A stretch of DNA of 64,000 nt from the NCBI GenBank assembly GCA_002070095.1, contig MWCR01000005.1, positions 5,463 to 69,462 on the forward strand, given 5' to 3'. The DNA comes from Parcubacteria group bacterium ADurb.Bin192 (GTDB lineage Bacteria > Patescibacteriota > Patescibacteriia > 2-12-FULL-60-25). The notes below the pieces were generated by a model. The model saw nothing but the letters and a program-made list of their open reading frames with translations, was not told the DNA's origin and ran no database searches. The translations under genes were made by a program, and so were the position numbers. This document shows positions 1 through 8,440 of this stretch, piece after piece (the first letter of the stretch is position 1; each line of letters begins with the position of its first letter).

Positions 1-675
1 AGTAAATTGACTGAACATGCGTTCAACTTCCCGCGGGTTGAAATACCTGACCGGACCGTTTTTATCTTGTTTGCCCAGCAATTTCAACAGCCAAAGATAA
101 GCATTGCCCTCCAAGCCCAACAGGCTGTTGGCATTGGGGAAATTACTGAAAATAAAAATCTTTCCGCCCGGCTTCATCACCCGGTAGACCTCTTCCAAGG
201 ATTTTTTGGTGTACTCCTTGGGGTTATGCAAAAACACGGCGGACACGATCACATTGTCGACCACGGCGTCTTTAAGGGGTATTTGATTGATATCCGAATT
301 GATCAAAAACAAGGGAGTTCTTTGTTCGTCGGGTTCGGCTGAATAGCGCCGGTTAAAAATATCCAACATGTTGGCCGAACTATCGAGGCCGATCCAGCCG
401 TTAAACACCCGCTGTTTTAAAACATATTTTTCCAACCGCCCGTAACCGCAACCCAAATCCAAGATATAACCGTTTTCAAGCTCCTTAATCAGCTTATCAA
501 CCGCGTATTCGGATTTCTTGGCTTCCGAAGTTTCGTCCTTGGCCGAAACGGCCGCGTGCATATGGTTCTCGGCCGAAAGCGCGTCCCAATTTTTTATGGG
601 GCTGATGTAATCTTCTCTTTTGTAAAAAAAACCTTCTTTTTTAACGCCTTCGGACAATAATTCCTCTAATTGCAT
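1..675 (-). CDS. class I SAM-dependent methyltransferase (3' end cut by window edge)
   Basis: Not in the ORF track because there is no stop inside the window. My minus-strand translation from the ATG at 675-673 reads MQLEELLSEGVKKEGFFYKRED...LENGYILDLGCGYGRLEKYV (SAM motif I)...VYRVMKPGGKIFIF. The listed + ORF 7..342 is its antisense shadow. Confidence 0.75.
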   Translation of the reverse strand, partial: MQLEELLSEGVKKEGFFYKREDYISPIKNWDALSAENHMHAAVSAKDETSEAKKSEYAVDKLIKELENGYILDLGCGYGRLEKYVLKQRVFNGWIGLDSSANMLDIFNRRYSAEPDEQRTPLFLINSDINQIPLKDAVVDNVIVSAVFLHNPKEYTKKSLEEVYRVMKPGGKIFIFSNFPNANSLLGLEGNAYLWLLKLLGKQDKNGPVRYFNPREVERMFSQFT

Positions 676-760
676 AATTATTCAGTTTAATTAATTGGAC
701 CAAGCTTCCGTTGTAACAACAAAATTATATACACATTCCTCAAAAACACAATGGCCGGGC

Positions 761-1474
761 ATGATGAGCTTCAAGACAGCCTTACATAAACCGCCGTCCC
801 TGGGCCGCAAATACTTGTATAATGGGCGCCAAAATGGGTATGATGGGTGGGTTATGCCACTATCACCCTGGGAAGATTTTTTTAGGGCTAAAATAACCAA
901 AATTTTCACGGACAGTAAAAACGTGTTGGATATAGGCGGGGGTTTGCGGATTGCCAAAGACAAAAACAACCGTTATTCAGCTAAAAACGAATGGATAATA
1001 CCCTTGCTGGCCAAGGTGGATTACAAAGTTCTGGACCCGGTCGCTGACTACCACCCGGACATTGTGGGCGATATCCATAATCTGCCCATGGCGGATAACT
1101 CGCTGGATGCCATTACCTGCATCGCGGTTTTGGAACATGTTAAAAATCCATTCAAGGCGGTTGAAGAAATGCACCGCGTACTTAAACCCGGCGAATATTG
1201 TTACATCTTTGTCCCCTTCCTCTACTACTACCACCCCATGAAAGGCTATTATAATGACTATTGGAGATTTACCAGCGATGGCATAGACGAACTATTCAAA
1301 CAATTTTCGAGCCTGGAAAAACAAAACGTCCGAGGCGCCATTGAAACTTGGATCCATCTATCCCCTCTGGCCAAATATAAAATACCAAATTATCTGGCAG
1401 GCATCCTGGACCGGGTGTTTAACAAATTAACCTCTAACCAAACCAGTGGTTTTAATGTATTTTTAGTTAAATAA
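761..1474 (+). CDS. class I SAM-dependent methyltransferase (Methyltransf_11/23-like)
   Basis: ORF 695..1474 begins with TTG; the first in-frame ATG is at 761 (MMSFKT). Motifs VLDIGGG and DAITCIAVLEHVKNPFKAVEEMHRVLKPGEYCYIFVP. Confidence 0.8.
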   Translation: MMSFKTALHKPPSLGRKYLYNGRQNGYDGWVMPLSPWEDFFRAKITKIFTDSKNVLDIGGGLRIAKDKNNRYSAKNEWIIPLLAKVDYKVLDPVADYHPDIVGDIHNLPMADNSLDAITCIAVLEHVKNPFKAVEEMHRVLKPGEYCYIFVPFLYYYHPMKGYYNDYWRFTSDGIDELFKQFSSLEKQNVRGAIETWIHLSPLAKYKIPNYLAGILDRVFNKLTSNQTSGFNVFLVK

Positions 1475-1476
1475 AT

Positions 1477-2166
1477 ATGAACCACTTACGGCAACTGATG
1501 ATCCATGAGCCAAATTTGGATAAAATGAAAGCAGTAGATATTGGCGCGGGCAAAGGCAGTTTCATGCTACAAGCTTTGGAAGCCGGAATGGATATTTATG
1601 GATTGGAAAAAAATGAGGACAATATTAAAATCGCTCAACAAAAAATGGCCGAAAAGGGTTACGAACAAAATCGTATTATCCAAGGCTTAGTGGAATCTTT
1701 GCCGTGGCCGGATGCTAATTTTGATTTTGCCAATGCTTCGGAAGTGTTGGAACATGTGGAAGAACCCGATAAAATGCTAAACGAAATGCATCGTGTTTTA
1801 AAAACAGGCGGTCAGGCCTATGTCAGTATCCCCAATCGCTTTGGTTTTTGGGATCCTCACTTCCATTTGTATTTTATTAATTGGATGCCGAGAAATTGGG
1901 CCATGAAAATTTTAAGTGCCTTGAATAAACACAAAGATTACAATACTGATTCCGGTTATCAAAGTTTAACTCAAATGCATTATCATACTTATAAAAGTGC
2001 CCTTAAATTATTATCAAACCATGGATTTGATGCCATTGATACACGCCGTAAAAAAGTATTAAATCTTTCAAATAACAGTCTGCTAAAAAAATTGCTGTCC
2101 TTGACCTATAAATTAACCGCTCCCTGGACTCTTTCAACTTTCCATTTTTGGTTGGTAAAAAAATAG
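1477..2166 (+). CDS. class I SAM-dependent methyltransferase
   Basis: ATG start 3 nt after the previous stop. Motifs AVDIGAGKGSF and ASEVLEHVEEPDKMLNEMHRVLKTGGQAYVSIPN. Confidence 0.85.
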   Translation: MNHLRQLMIHEPNLDKMKAVDIGAGKGSFMLQALEAGMDIYGLEKNEDNIKIAQQKMAEKGYEQNRIIQGLVESLPWPDANFDFANASEVLEHVEEPDKMLNEMHRVLKTGGQAYVSIPNRFGFWDPHFHLYFINWMPRNWAMKILSALNKHKDYNTDSGYQSLTQMHYHTYKSALKLLSNHGFDAIDTRRKKVLNLSNNSLLKKLLSLTYKLTAPWTLSTFHFWLVKK

Positions 2167-2169
2167 AAC

Positions 2170-3300
2170 ATGAACATCACTTACATCCACAACTGCAGAA
2201 TGCCAACCGAAAAAGCGCATGGCTATCAAATAGTTAAAATGTGCGAGGCTTTTGCGGATAACGGGGTGGTTATTGAACTGATTGTACCCAAGAGACGCAA
2301 TCATATTAAAGATGACGTTTTCACCTATTACCATACCAGAAATAATTTTACCTTTCGTTATCTAAAATTTATTGATTTTTTTTCTTGGTCATGGCTGAAT
2401 CATAAAATCGGTTTTACCTTAAATATTTTGGAGTTTTTATTGCTTTCTCTGTCTTTAAAAATTGATAAACAAAACATTATTTACACGCGCAGTCCGGAAA
2501 TAGCTTGGCTGTTTGGAGTGCGCGGTTATAAAACTTTTTATGAATGTCATCAGTTGCCGGAAAAAAAATCAAAATTATTTGGTTATTTCATAAAAAAAAT
2601 TCACGGCATTGTAACCATAACCAATGGTTTAAAACAAGATCTTGTTGCCGATTACACCTATTCTGCCGATAAGATATCGACCGCGCCCGATGGAGTTGAT
2701 TTGGAAACATTTGATATAAAAATAACACGCCAAGAGGCACGCGAGCAATTAGGCTTACCTGGTAATAAAAAAATTATTTTATATACAGGTCATCTTTATA
2801 CGTGGAAAGGCGTTGATACCTTAGCCGATGCATCCAAAAATTTACCGGTTGATATTTTAATTTATACTGTAGGCGGTGACGCGCAAGAAATAGACGCATT
2901 TTATCAAAGGAATCCGAATCATAAAACTATTAACATCCCCGCCGTTACTAGAGAAAAAGTAGCCATTTGGCTTAAAGCCGCCGATTTACTAATCCTGCCG
3001 AATAGCGCCAAAGAAAAAATTTCAGCAAAATACACTTCACCGCTCAAATTATTTGAATACTTGGCCAGCGGCACGCCGATAATTGCCAGTGATTTGCCGA
3101 GCGTGAATGAAATTCTTGATCAAAACGATTGTGCCTTCTTCACGGCTGATGATGCATCAAGTTTAGCATCAACAATCCTTAAATCATTAAGCGATGAATT
3201 ATTGTTAAACGATTTAACTTCAAAGATGAAAAAAATAGCACTTCAATATTCATGGCAACAAAGAAGCGCCCTCATACTCTCAAAAATAATAAAGCAGTAG
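2170..3300 (+). CDS. glycosyltransferase family 4 (GT-B)
   Basis: 376 aa. N-terminal MNITYIHNCRMPTEKAHGYQIVKMCEAF, C-terminal half ILYTGHLYTWKGVDTL ... SPLKLFEYLASGTPIIASDLPS, typical of GT4/GT1. Confidence 0.85.
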   Translation: MNITYIHNCRMPTEKAHGYQIVKMCEAFADNGVVIELIVPKRRNHIKDDVFTYYHTRNNFTFRYLKFIDFFSWSWLNHKIGFTLNILEFLLLSLSLKIDKQNIIYTRSPEIAWLFGVRGYKTFYECHQLPEKKSKLFGYFIKKIHGIVTITNGLKQDLVADYTYSADKISTAPDGVDLETFDIKITRQEAREQLGLPGNKKIILYTGHLYTWKGVDTLADASKNLPVDILIYTVGGDAQEIDAFYQRNPNHKTINIPAVTREKVAIWLKAADLLILPNSAKEKISAKYTSPLKLFEYLASGTPIIASDLPSVNEILDQNDCAFFTADDASSLASTILKSLSDELLLNDLTSKMKKIALQYSWQQRSALILSKIIKQ

Positions 3301-3305
3301 CCCTA

Positions 3306-4007
3306 TTATTTTTTCAAAAATTTAATTATTTGTAATTTTATTGAATACAACACATTCCCCATGGCATTGGATCCGGCATAATTCGTATAGCCATCATAGG
3401 TTTTGACATTGGAAACCTGTTGTACATTAAGTGGTATTTTTTCGAGCCATTTTTCCGGTTGCTTGCTGGCAATAGAAAAGGTGTACACAGAAGCACCGGC
3501 CTGATCGTTAAAGCTTAAATATAACAGCTTGTATCCATTTTTAATAAATAATTTCTCAATGGCCAAAGGCGTCATTCTCCAGTAATCTCCATAATCCGTA
3601 TGCATCTGCTGTAGAAACGGCATGACCAAGATAACAATATCCTTGCTCATCAAACAAAGGTTTTTAAAAGCTTGTTCGATCTCGAATATATGCTCCAAAA
3701 CAGTGTGATTAAAAACCACGTCAAACTTACCTGCCAGCTCATCAGGTAATTCTTTTTCCAGATCCAAAAAAATTTCACCTTCCGTACCCTGAAAACCCAT
3801 GGCCTCGGTTTTATAATTTGTGATGGTGTAACTTTTTTTATTCTTAAAGTAATTTTTATATTCATCGCCTTCCTTATCCTTGTCCTGCCAACCGCTAACA
3901 TTAACAATGTCACCTTCAAATAAAGGGGCAAATTTTTTTAATTCATTGTTTGACCAAATTCTTGGCAATCTGAATTTACGATCCATGAATAGCATAATTT
4001 GTTTCAC
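3306..4007 (-). CDS. class I SAM-dependent methyltransferase
   Basis: FDVVFNHTVLEHIFEIEQAFKNLCLMSKDIVILVMPF. Start uncertain (GTG 4007, ATG 3995 or 3986); it overlaps the stop of the upstream flippase gene. Confidence 0.75.
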   Translation of the reverse strand: MKQIMLFMDRKFRLPRIWSNNELKKFAPLFEGDIVNVSGWQDKDKEGDEYKNYFKNKKSYTITNYKTEAMGFQGTEGEIFLDLEKELPDELAGKFDVVFNHTVLEHIFEIEQAFKNLCLMSKDIVILVMPFLQQMHTDYGDYWRMTPLAIEKLFIKNGYKLLYLSFNDQAGASVYTFSIASKQPEKWLEKIPLNVQQVSNVKTYDGYTNYAGSNAMGNVLYSIKLQIIKFLKK

Positions 4008-5241
4008 TACGATAAATAATAATCATTAGAATAGTTTCAAAGAATCTGGTAAAAACCTTTGCCAACACCGCTCCCAATAAACCGAAGTAATATACCCCAA
4101 TAAAAACTAATACTAATTGAATTAAGGCAACCGCAGTATTCCATTGATATAATTTTTTTATTTTTTGCTGGGCTTGCAATGCGGTTAACGGCAAGATCGA
4201 CACCATTACTACTAATGATATAGCCAAGATCTGTGTGTATATCACCGACTCTTTATATGCCGGGAATAAGATGGAATACAAATAAGGTGCGGCGACAATA
4301 TACAGAAGACAAACAGATAGCACGACCAAGCCAAATTTAAACATTTTTTTATACATCGCACCAGCCGGAATATCGTGTTTTTGCTCGGCAAATTTTGGAA
4401 AGGCTAATGGGCCAATCATTTTAAAAAGACCCTTAAGCTGTTCAGTGGGTGCCAAGGCTATGTTATATATGGCCATGTTAACGGCACCCAAAAAATGAAA
4501 GACCAGTATTTGATCAATCAAAGCCGCGCCCATGTTTAAAATGTTTAAAACACTAAGATTTTTACCATAACTAACAACCTCATGGTCTTGGACATCATTC
4601 AAGCTTATGGTCTTTTTGGTTAAATAAAGCCATACTTTCTGCAACCATGAATTAACAAACAAATACGGGATTATCAGAATCCAAACTTGTTGAGTCAGCA
4701 AGATGATCGGTAAAACGAGGATGAAATTAGTTATTTGCGTAAAAATTTCAAATCTGACTAAAAGATCAAACCGTTTTTTGCCTTGCAGTACGGAGGCATA
4801 CAGATTATAAACATTAAAAAAAGGAACAAAAATACTCACAATTCCAAAAGACCACGATAAAATCAGGTTACCGTTCCACCAATAATATATGGCCAAAAGC
4901 GCGGAAAGCAGGCCTCCTAAAAGGCCCCATTTAATCTCTGTTTTGATGGCCAAATCCAAAGAGCCATCTTTCCCCTGAGCCGAGGATCTAGCCATAGCTG
5001 TACCCATGCCGGACAAAGTAAAAAGAGACAACAAACTTATGGCTGATATGACATATTTATAATTACCATAAACTTCTTTGGGTAATAAATTGGCAAACGC
5101 GATAGATAGCAAAAACGCGCAGGTCATGGATACAGCCTTGCCCAAAGACAACCACCCTCCACCCTTAGCCAAATACACCATATCCGTTTTAGTATATTTT
5201 TCAGATTTGCGGAGGAGGTTGTAGAGTTTATTTTTTAGCAT
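3976..5241 (-). CDS. polysaccharide flippase (Wzx/MOP-type polytopic membrane protein)
   Basis: 421 aa, hydrophobic helices throughout, cytoplasmic basic N-terminus (LLRKSEKYTKTD). Sits inside a GT/methyltransferase operon. Family assignment rests on architecture and context. Confidence 0.6.
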   Translation of the reverse strand: MLKNKLYNLLRKSEKYTKTDMVYLAKGGGWLSLGKAVSMTCAFLLSIAFANLLPKEVYGNYKYVISAISLLSLFTLSGMGTAMARSSAQGKDGSLDLAIKTEIKWGLLGGLLSALLAIYYWWNGNLILSWSFGIVSIFVPFFNVYNLYASVLQGKKRFDLLVRFEIFTQITNFILVLPIILLTQQVWILIIPYLFVNSWLQKVWLYLTKKTISLNDVQDHEVVSYGKNLSVLNILNMGAALIDQILVFHFLGAVNMAIYNIALAPTEQLKGLFKMIGPLAFPKFAEQKHDIPAGAMYKKMFKFGLVVLSVCLLYIVAAPYLYSILFPAYKESVIYTQILAISLVVMVSILPLTALQAQQKIKKLYQWNTAVALIQLVLVFIGVYYFGLLGAVLAKVFTRFFETILMIIIYRSETNYAIHGS

Positions 5242-5833
5242 ATACTACAAAACCCAATGGGCATCTGGTATTCATAAAATGAATTCTGGCAATAATTGGG
5301 TTGAATATATTCAAAATAACTCTTGCCCAACTCAACGTCATAAAAAACCATATACACTGCAAACGATTGTCATGGTGGTGCACTTCGACTTGGGAAAAGT
5401 TCTTAAATAAATCACGTAGTGCATCCCAAGAAAAACGATAATAATCTTGTGGATCCGGATGATAAGGCATTATAAAGCGGGTTGATAGAATGCAAACGCC
5501 ACCCGGCTTTAAAATACGATGCATTTCAGAAACAGCTTTACGCGGTTCCTGCACGTGCTCCAAAACTTCACTGGCAATAACCGTATCAAAATAATTATCT
5601 TCCATGGGAATTGCATGTATATCTCCGCAAATATCAGGGTTGGATTTCGGATCAATGTCGAGTCTTAAATATTTAGTTGCCGGTATTTGATTTCTGTAAG
5701 GCGATTTTTTAGAACCCACATCTAAAACCAAGCCCGCATTCAGCCTTTTAAACTGTTTCGCCAGCTCAATATTCAAGCTCATTCTATTAACAGTACTAAT
5801 TTTAGTTGTAAAGATATACTTTTTAAAATTCAT
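5228..5833 (-). CDS. class I SAM-dependent methyltransferase
   Basis: ORF 5228..5839 starts with TTG; ATG at 5833 (MNFKKY). Motifs VLDVGSKKS and DTVIASEVLEHVQEPRKAVSEMHRILKPGGVCILS. Confidence 0.8.
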   Translation of the reverse strand: MNFKKYIFTTKISTVNRMSLNIELAKQFKRLNAGLVLDVGSKKSPYRNQIPATKYLRLDIDPKSNPDICGDIHAIPMEDNYFDTVIASEVLEHVQEPRKAVSEMHRILKPGGVCILSTRFIMPYHPDPQDYYRFSWDALRDLFKNFSQVEVHHHDNRLQCIWFFMTLSWARVILNIFNPIIARIHFMNTRCPLGFVVYAKK

Positions 5834-5842
5834 AACCAATAA

Positions 5843-7423
5843 TCAGCGGTTTTTATAACATTTCATGATGCATAACGTATAAGGCATCACTCTGGTCCAA
5901 CCCTTTATAACATGTACTTCCACATTATTAAAATATTTACGCGCCAACCCTTCATAACCTTGTGCATCTCGGACATGCTGACCGCGATCTTTGGAAATGA
6001 TGAAGCGAGAGATGGGGTTTTGACCTTTGTGATAAACAGGATCTAATGTAACGAGATAACCGTTAGTTTTTAGCTTGTTGTAAGATATCCTAAAAAGATT
6101 TTCTGCCTCGGAATCCTCCAAATGATGTAAAAGTGCGGTTGATAAAACTATTTCATATTTTGATTGTTCGTCAATATTCATTTCGTTTACACGCTTGCAA
6201 TAAAATTGACCCCTATCCATATATTTCTTTTTCGCAAATTCAATATATTTGGAGTTAATATCATAACCTTCGTAAAAAATATCTTCCGGAAGATAATTCA
6301 AAATCGTTCCCGGTCCGCAACCGATATCTAAAATATGACATTTTTTTGTCGGCTGAACGTGCTTTTTAACATAAAAATTACCAAGCGAATTTCCGCCTAG
6401 GTAACTTTGCAAATAACCATATATATAAGGCAATGATAAAAAAGAATATAAAGTCTTTTCCTGATTTCTTTCACCATAATTATTAATTTGTAAATTCACA
6501 CCACTTGCTTTATTAGACGGGTAAAAAAGAGTGACGAACCAGCATATAAAACCGTAGCCTACATTAGTAATTAGTATTAGTTCAGATATCAGTATTGCGC
6601 TACTAGCCGATAGACCCGAAAATGCAAAAATGCTAATGAATGCACCTTCTCGAACTCCTATACCAGCAATTGTAATTGGTAAAATGCTTATTATAGAAGC
6701 TATCGAGAAGGCGATGATTACAGTATAGAAATTATCTATATGCAATCCTAGGGCTAAGAAACTTAATCCGGCAAAAATAGATAAAATATTTAAAAAACCA
6801 TACAACACCAAAAGCCAAAAATTTTTCTTTTTTGGACTAAAAACACTTCGTAAGGTATCAATTTTTTTAATTAAATTATTTTTTGCTAGAAGGTTTGGCG
6901 CGGGAAATGTAAAAGCAAAGAAAATTAAAATTATGCTCAAAGCACAAAATAACAGTATTGATACTACGAGATTAATTGGCAATTCGTGAATCATCAATGT
7001 CGCTATTGGAGCTAGTATCAATAAAGGTAAAATTCCAAATAGTTTATCTATCAAGAATGATGCACCTAATACCACCTTGTTTTCTTTGATTGCACTAATA
7101 TGTAATAATTTTAACGATTCTCCAAGAATTTGACCGGGCAGTATCATGCTGTATAAAAAGGCATAACCGTTAGCGACAATCACATCTTTCATTGGTGTGT
7201 GTATGCCTAAAATCTCTAAAGCAGTCTTCCAGCGTTTACCGGCAAACCAAATACCACTTATAGTGAATATTGTGTATGGAACTAAATAGAATGGATTTGC
7301 ATTTTTAACATCAAACAAAAAACTCTCCAATGGAACTCGCCTGATAAAAAACAGTAGAATACCAAATCCAAATGCTATCTTAATTAAGACTATCAGTTGA
7401 GGCTTCCATTGTTTCATAACCAT
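5843..7423 (-). CDS. fusion: flippase-like/LPG-synthase-TM-type membrane domain + C-terminal SAM methyltransferase
   Basis: The N-terminal ~310 aa is polytopic with ILPITIAGIGVREGAFISIF, a signature I associate with PF03706-type domains. The C-terminal part has ILDIGCGPGTILNYL ... ALLHHLEDSEAENLFRISYNKLKTNGYLVTLDP. Its ATG overlaps the upstream stop (TAATG). Confidence 0.7.
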   Translation of the reverse strand: MVMKQWKPQLIVLIKIAFGFGILLFFIRRVPLESFLFDVKNANPFYLVPYTIFTISGIWFAGKRWKTALEILGIHTPMKDVIVANGYAFLYSMILPGQILGESLKLLHISAIKENKVVLGASFLIDKLFGILPLLILAPIATLMIHELPINLVVSILLFCALSIILIFFAFTFPAPNLLAKNNLIKKIDTLRSVFSPKKKNFWLLVLYGFLNILSIFAGLSFLALGLHIDNFYTVIIAFSIASIISILPITIAGIGVREGAFISIFAFSGLSASSAILISELILITNVGYGFICWFVTLFYPSNKASGVNLQINNYGERNQEKTLYSFLSLPYIYGYLQSYLGGNSLGNFYVKKHVQPTKKCHILDIGCGPGTILNYLPEDIFYEGYDINSKYIEFAKKKYMDRGQFYCKRVNEMNIDEQSKYEIVLSTALLHHLEDSEAENLFRISYNKLKTNGYLVTLDPVYHKGQNPISRFIISKDRGQHVRDAQGYEGLARKYFNNVEVHVIKGWTRVMPYTLCIMKCYKNR

Positions 7424-8400
7424 TATTCTCTCTCAAACCAATAATAATGCGCAAAATCTCCTTTTGGCCAACCACCCGCATCATATTCTAATAGCTTAAA
7501 ACCTAAGGATTCAACCATTTTTTGCATCTCATCTTTAAAATAAAATTTGGCTATTGGGGTTGTGAAAAAATCATTAAATTGCTCCCAAGACTCTTTAATT
7601 GGTGGAAATTGGTATTTTTTTTGTATAAATATTAAAACAAACCAAATCGCTAAATGATAGAATGGAAAAATGGTTATCATTATCAATATATCACCCAACT
7701 TTTTTCCAAAAATTTTTCTATATGCCGCACAAACACAATTCATAAACCAGTACAGCCTTCTATAAAAATTTTCCCAATTATATACTGCCAAAATCAATTT
7801 ACCACCTGTCTTGATTACTCGAGAAAATTCAACTAAACACAACATTGGGTTGGGTGTGTGATGAATAACCCCATGTGAGATAATAATATCTACGCATTTA
7901 TCCTTTATGGGCAATGCCAAGTTTGAGCCTAAAATCGCGGAAGGCGCTTCTACCGGTGGGCGTTTAACATGCCTCAATGAACCTAAAGCCTGGTCAATAC
8001 AGATAGGAGTGATTCCTCGATACTTTTTCCAGATTTCTGCAATTGCACCTTTTCCAGACCCAACCTCAATTACAACATCCTTGTTTGTAAACAGATAATC
8101 ATACTTTGAATCTCTTAAATATTTACCCCACGGGACATTGTTTATATCCATGTAATTGTGGCATGGACGCTCATCATAATGTTTACGAACTTTGTCGCCT
8201 GCATTGTAGTTTTTCGCCCTTTCAAGAGCACCTTCTTTACTATTAGATCCGGCATCAGGCAAAAGATCCGGTATACCGTCTATAACCGGATAATAGCTTT
8301 GTTCATCATTTGTACAGAGCTGTCCACTATCTAATAAGCGTAAATCTTTATGCGTTATGGGATCGCATAAGATATCGAAAGGTATAGTACTATCATTCAT
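7423..8400 (-). CDS. Trm112-like zinc-ribbon + SAM methyltransferase + C-terminal membrane segment
   Basis: N-terminus FDILCDPITHKDLRL...YPVIDGIPDLLPD (Trm112-like). Methyltransferase core VIEVGSGKGAIAEIW ... IISHGVIHHTPNPMLCLVEFSRVIKTGGKLILAVYN. Hydrophobic stretch ILIMITIFPFYHLAIWFVLIFI. Confidence 0.75.
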   Translation of the reverse strand: MNDSTIPFDILCDPITHKDLRLLDSGQLCTNDEQSYYPVIDGIPDLLPDAGSNSKEGALERAKNYNAGDKVRKHYDERPCHNYMDINNVPWGKYLRDSKYDYLFTNKDVVIEVGSGKGAIAEIWKKYRGITPICIDQALGSLRHVKRPPVEAPSAILGSNLALPIKDKCVDIIISHGVIHHTPNPMLCLVEFSRVIKTGGKLILAVYNWENFYRRLYWFMNCVCAAYRKIFGKKLGDILIMITIFPFYHLAIWFVLIFIQKKYQFPPIKESWEQFNDFFTTPIAKFYFKDEMQKMVESLGFKLLEYDAGGWPKGDFAHYYWFERE

Positions 8401-8440
8401 ATCGCTTAATAATAATTAACAAACATCGATTCGTCTATGT

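Noticed and set aside
7-342. Listed + strand ORF of 111 aa at the window start.
   Set aside because: It is antisense to a clear methyltransferase reading frame (1..675, minus strand) with canonical SAM-binding motifs.
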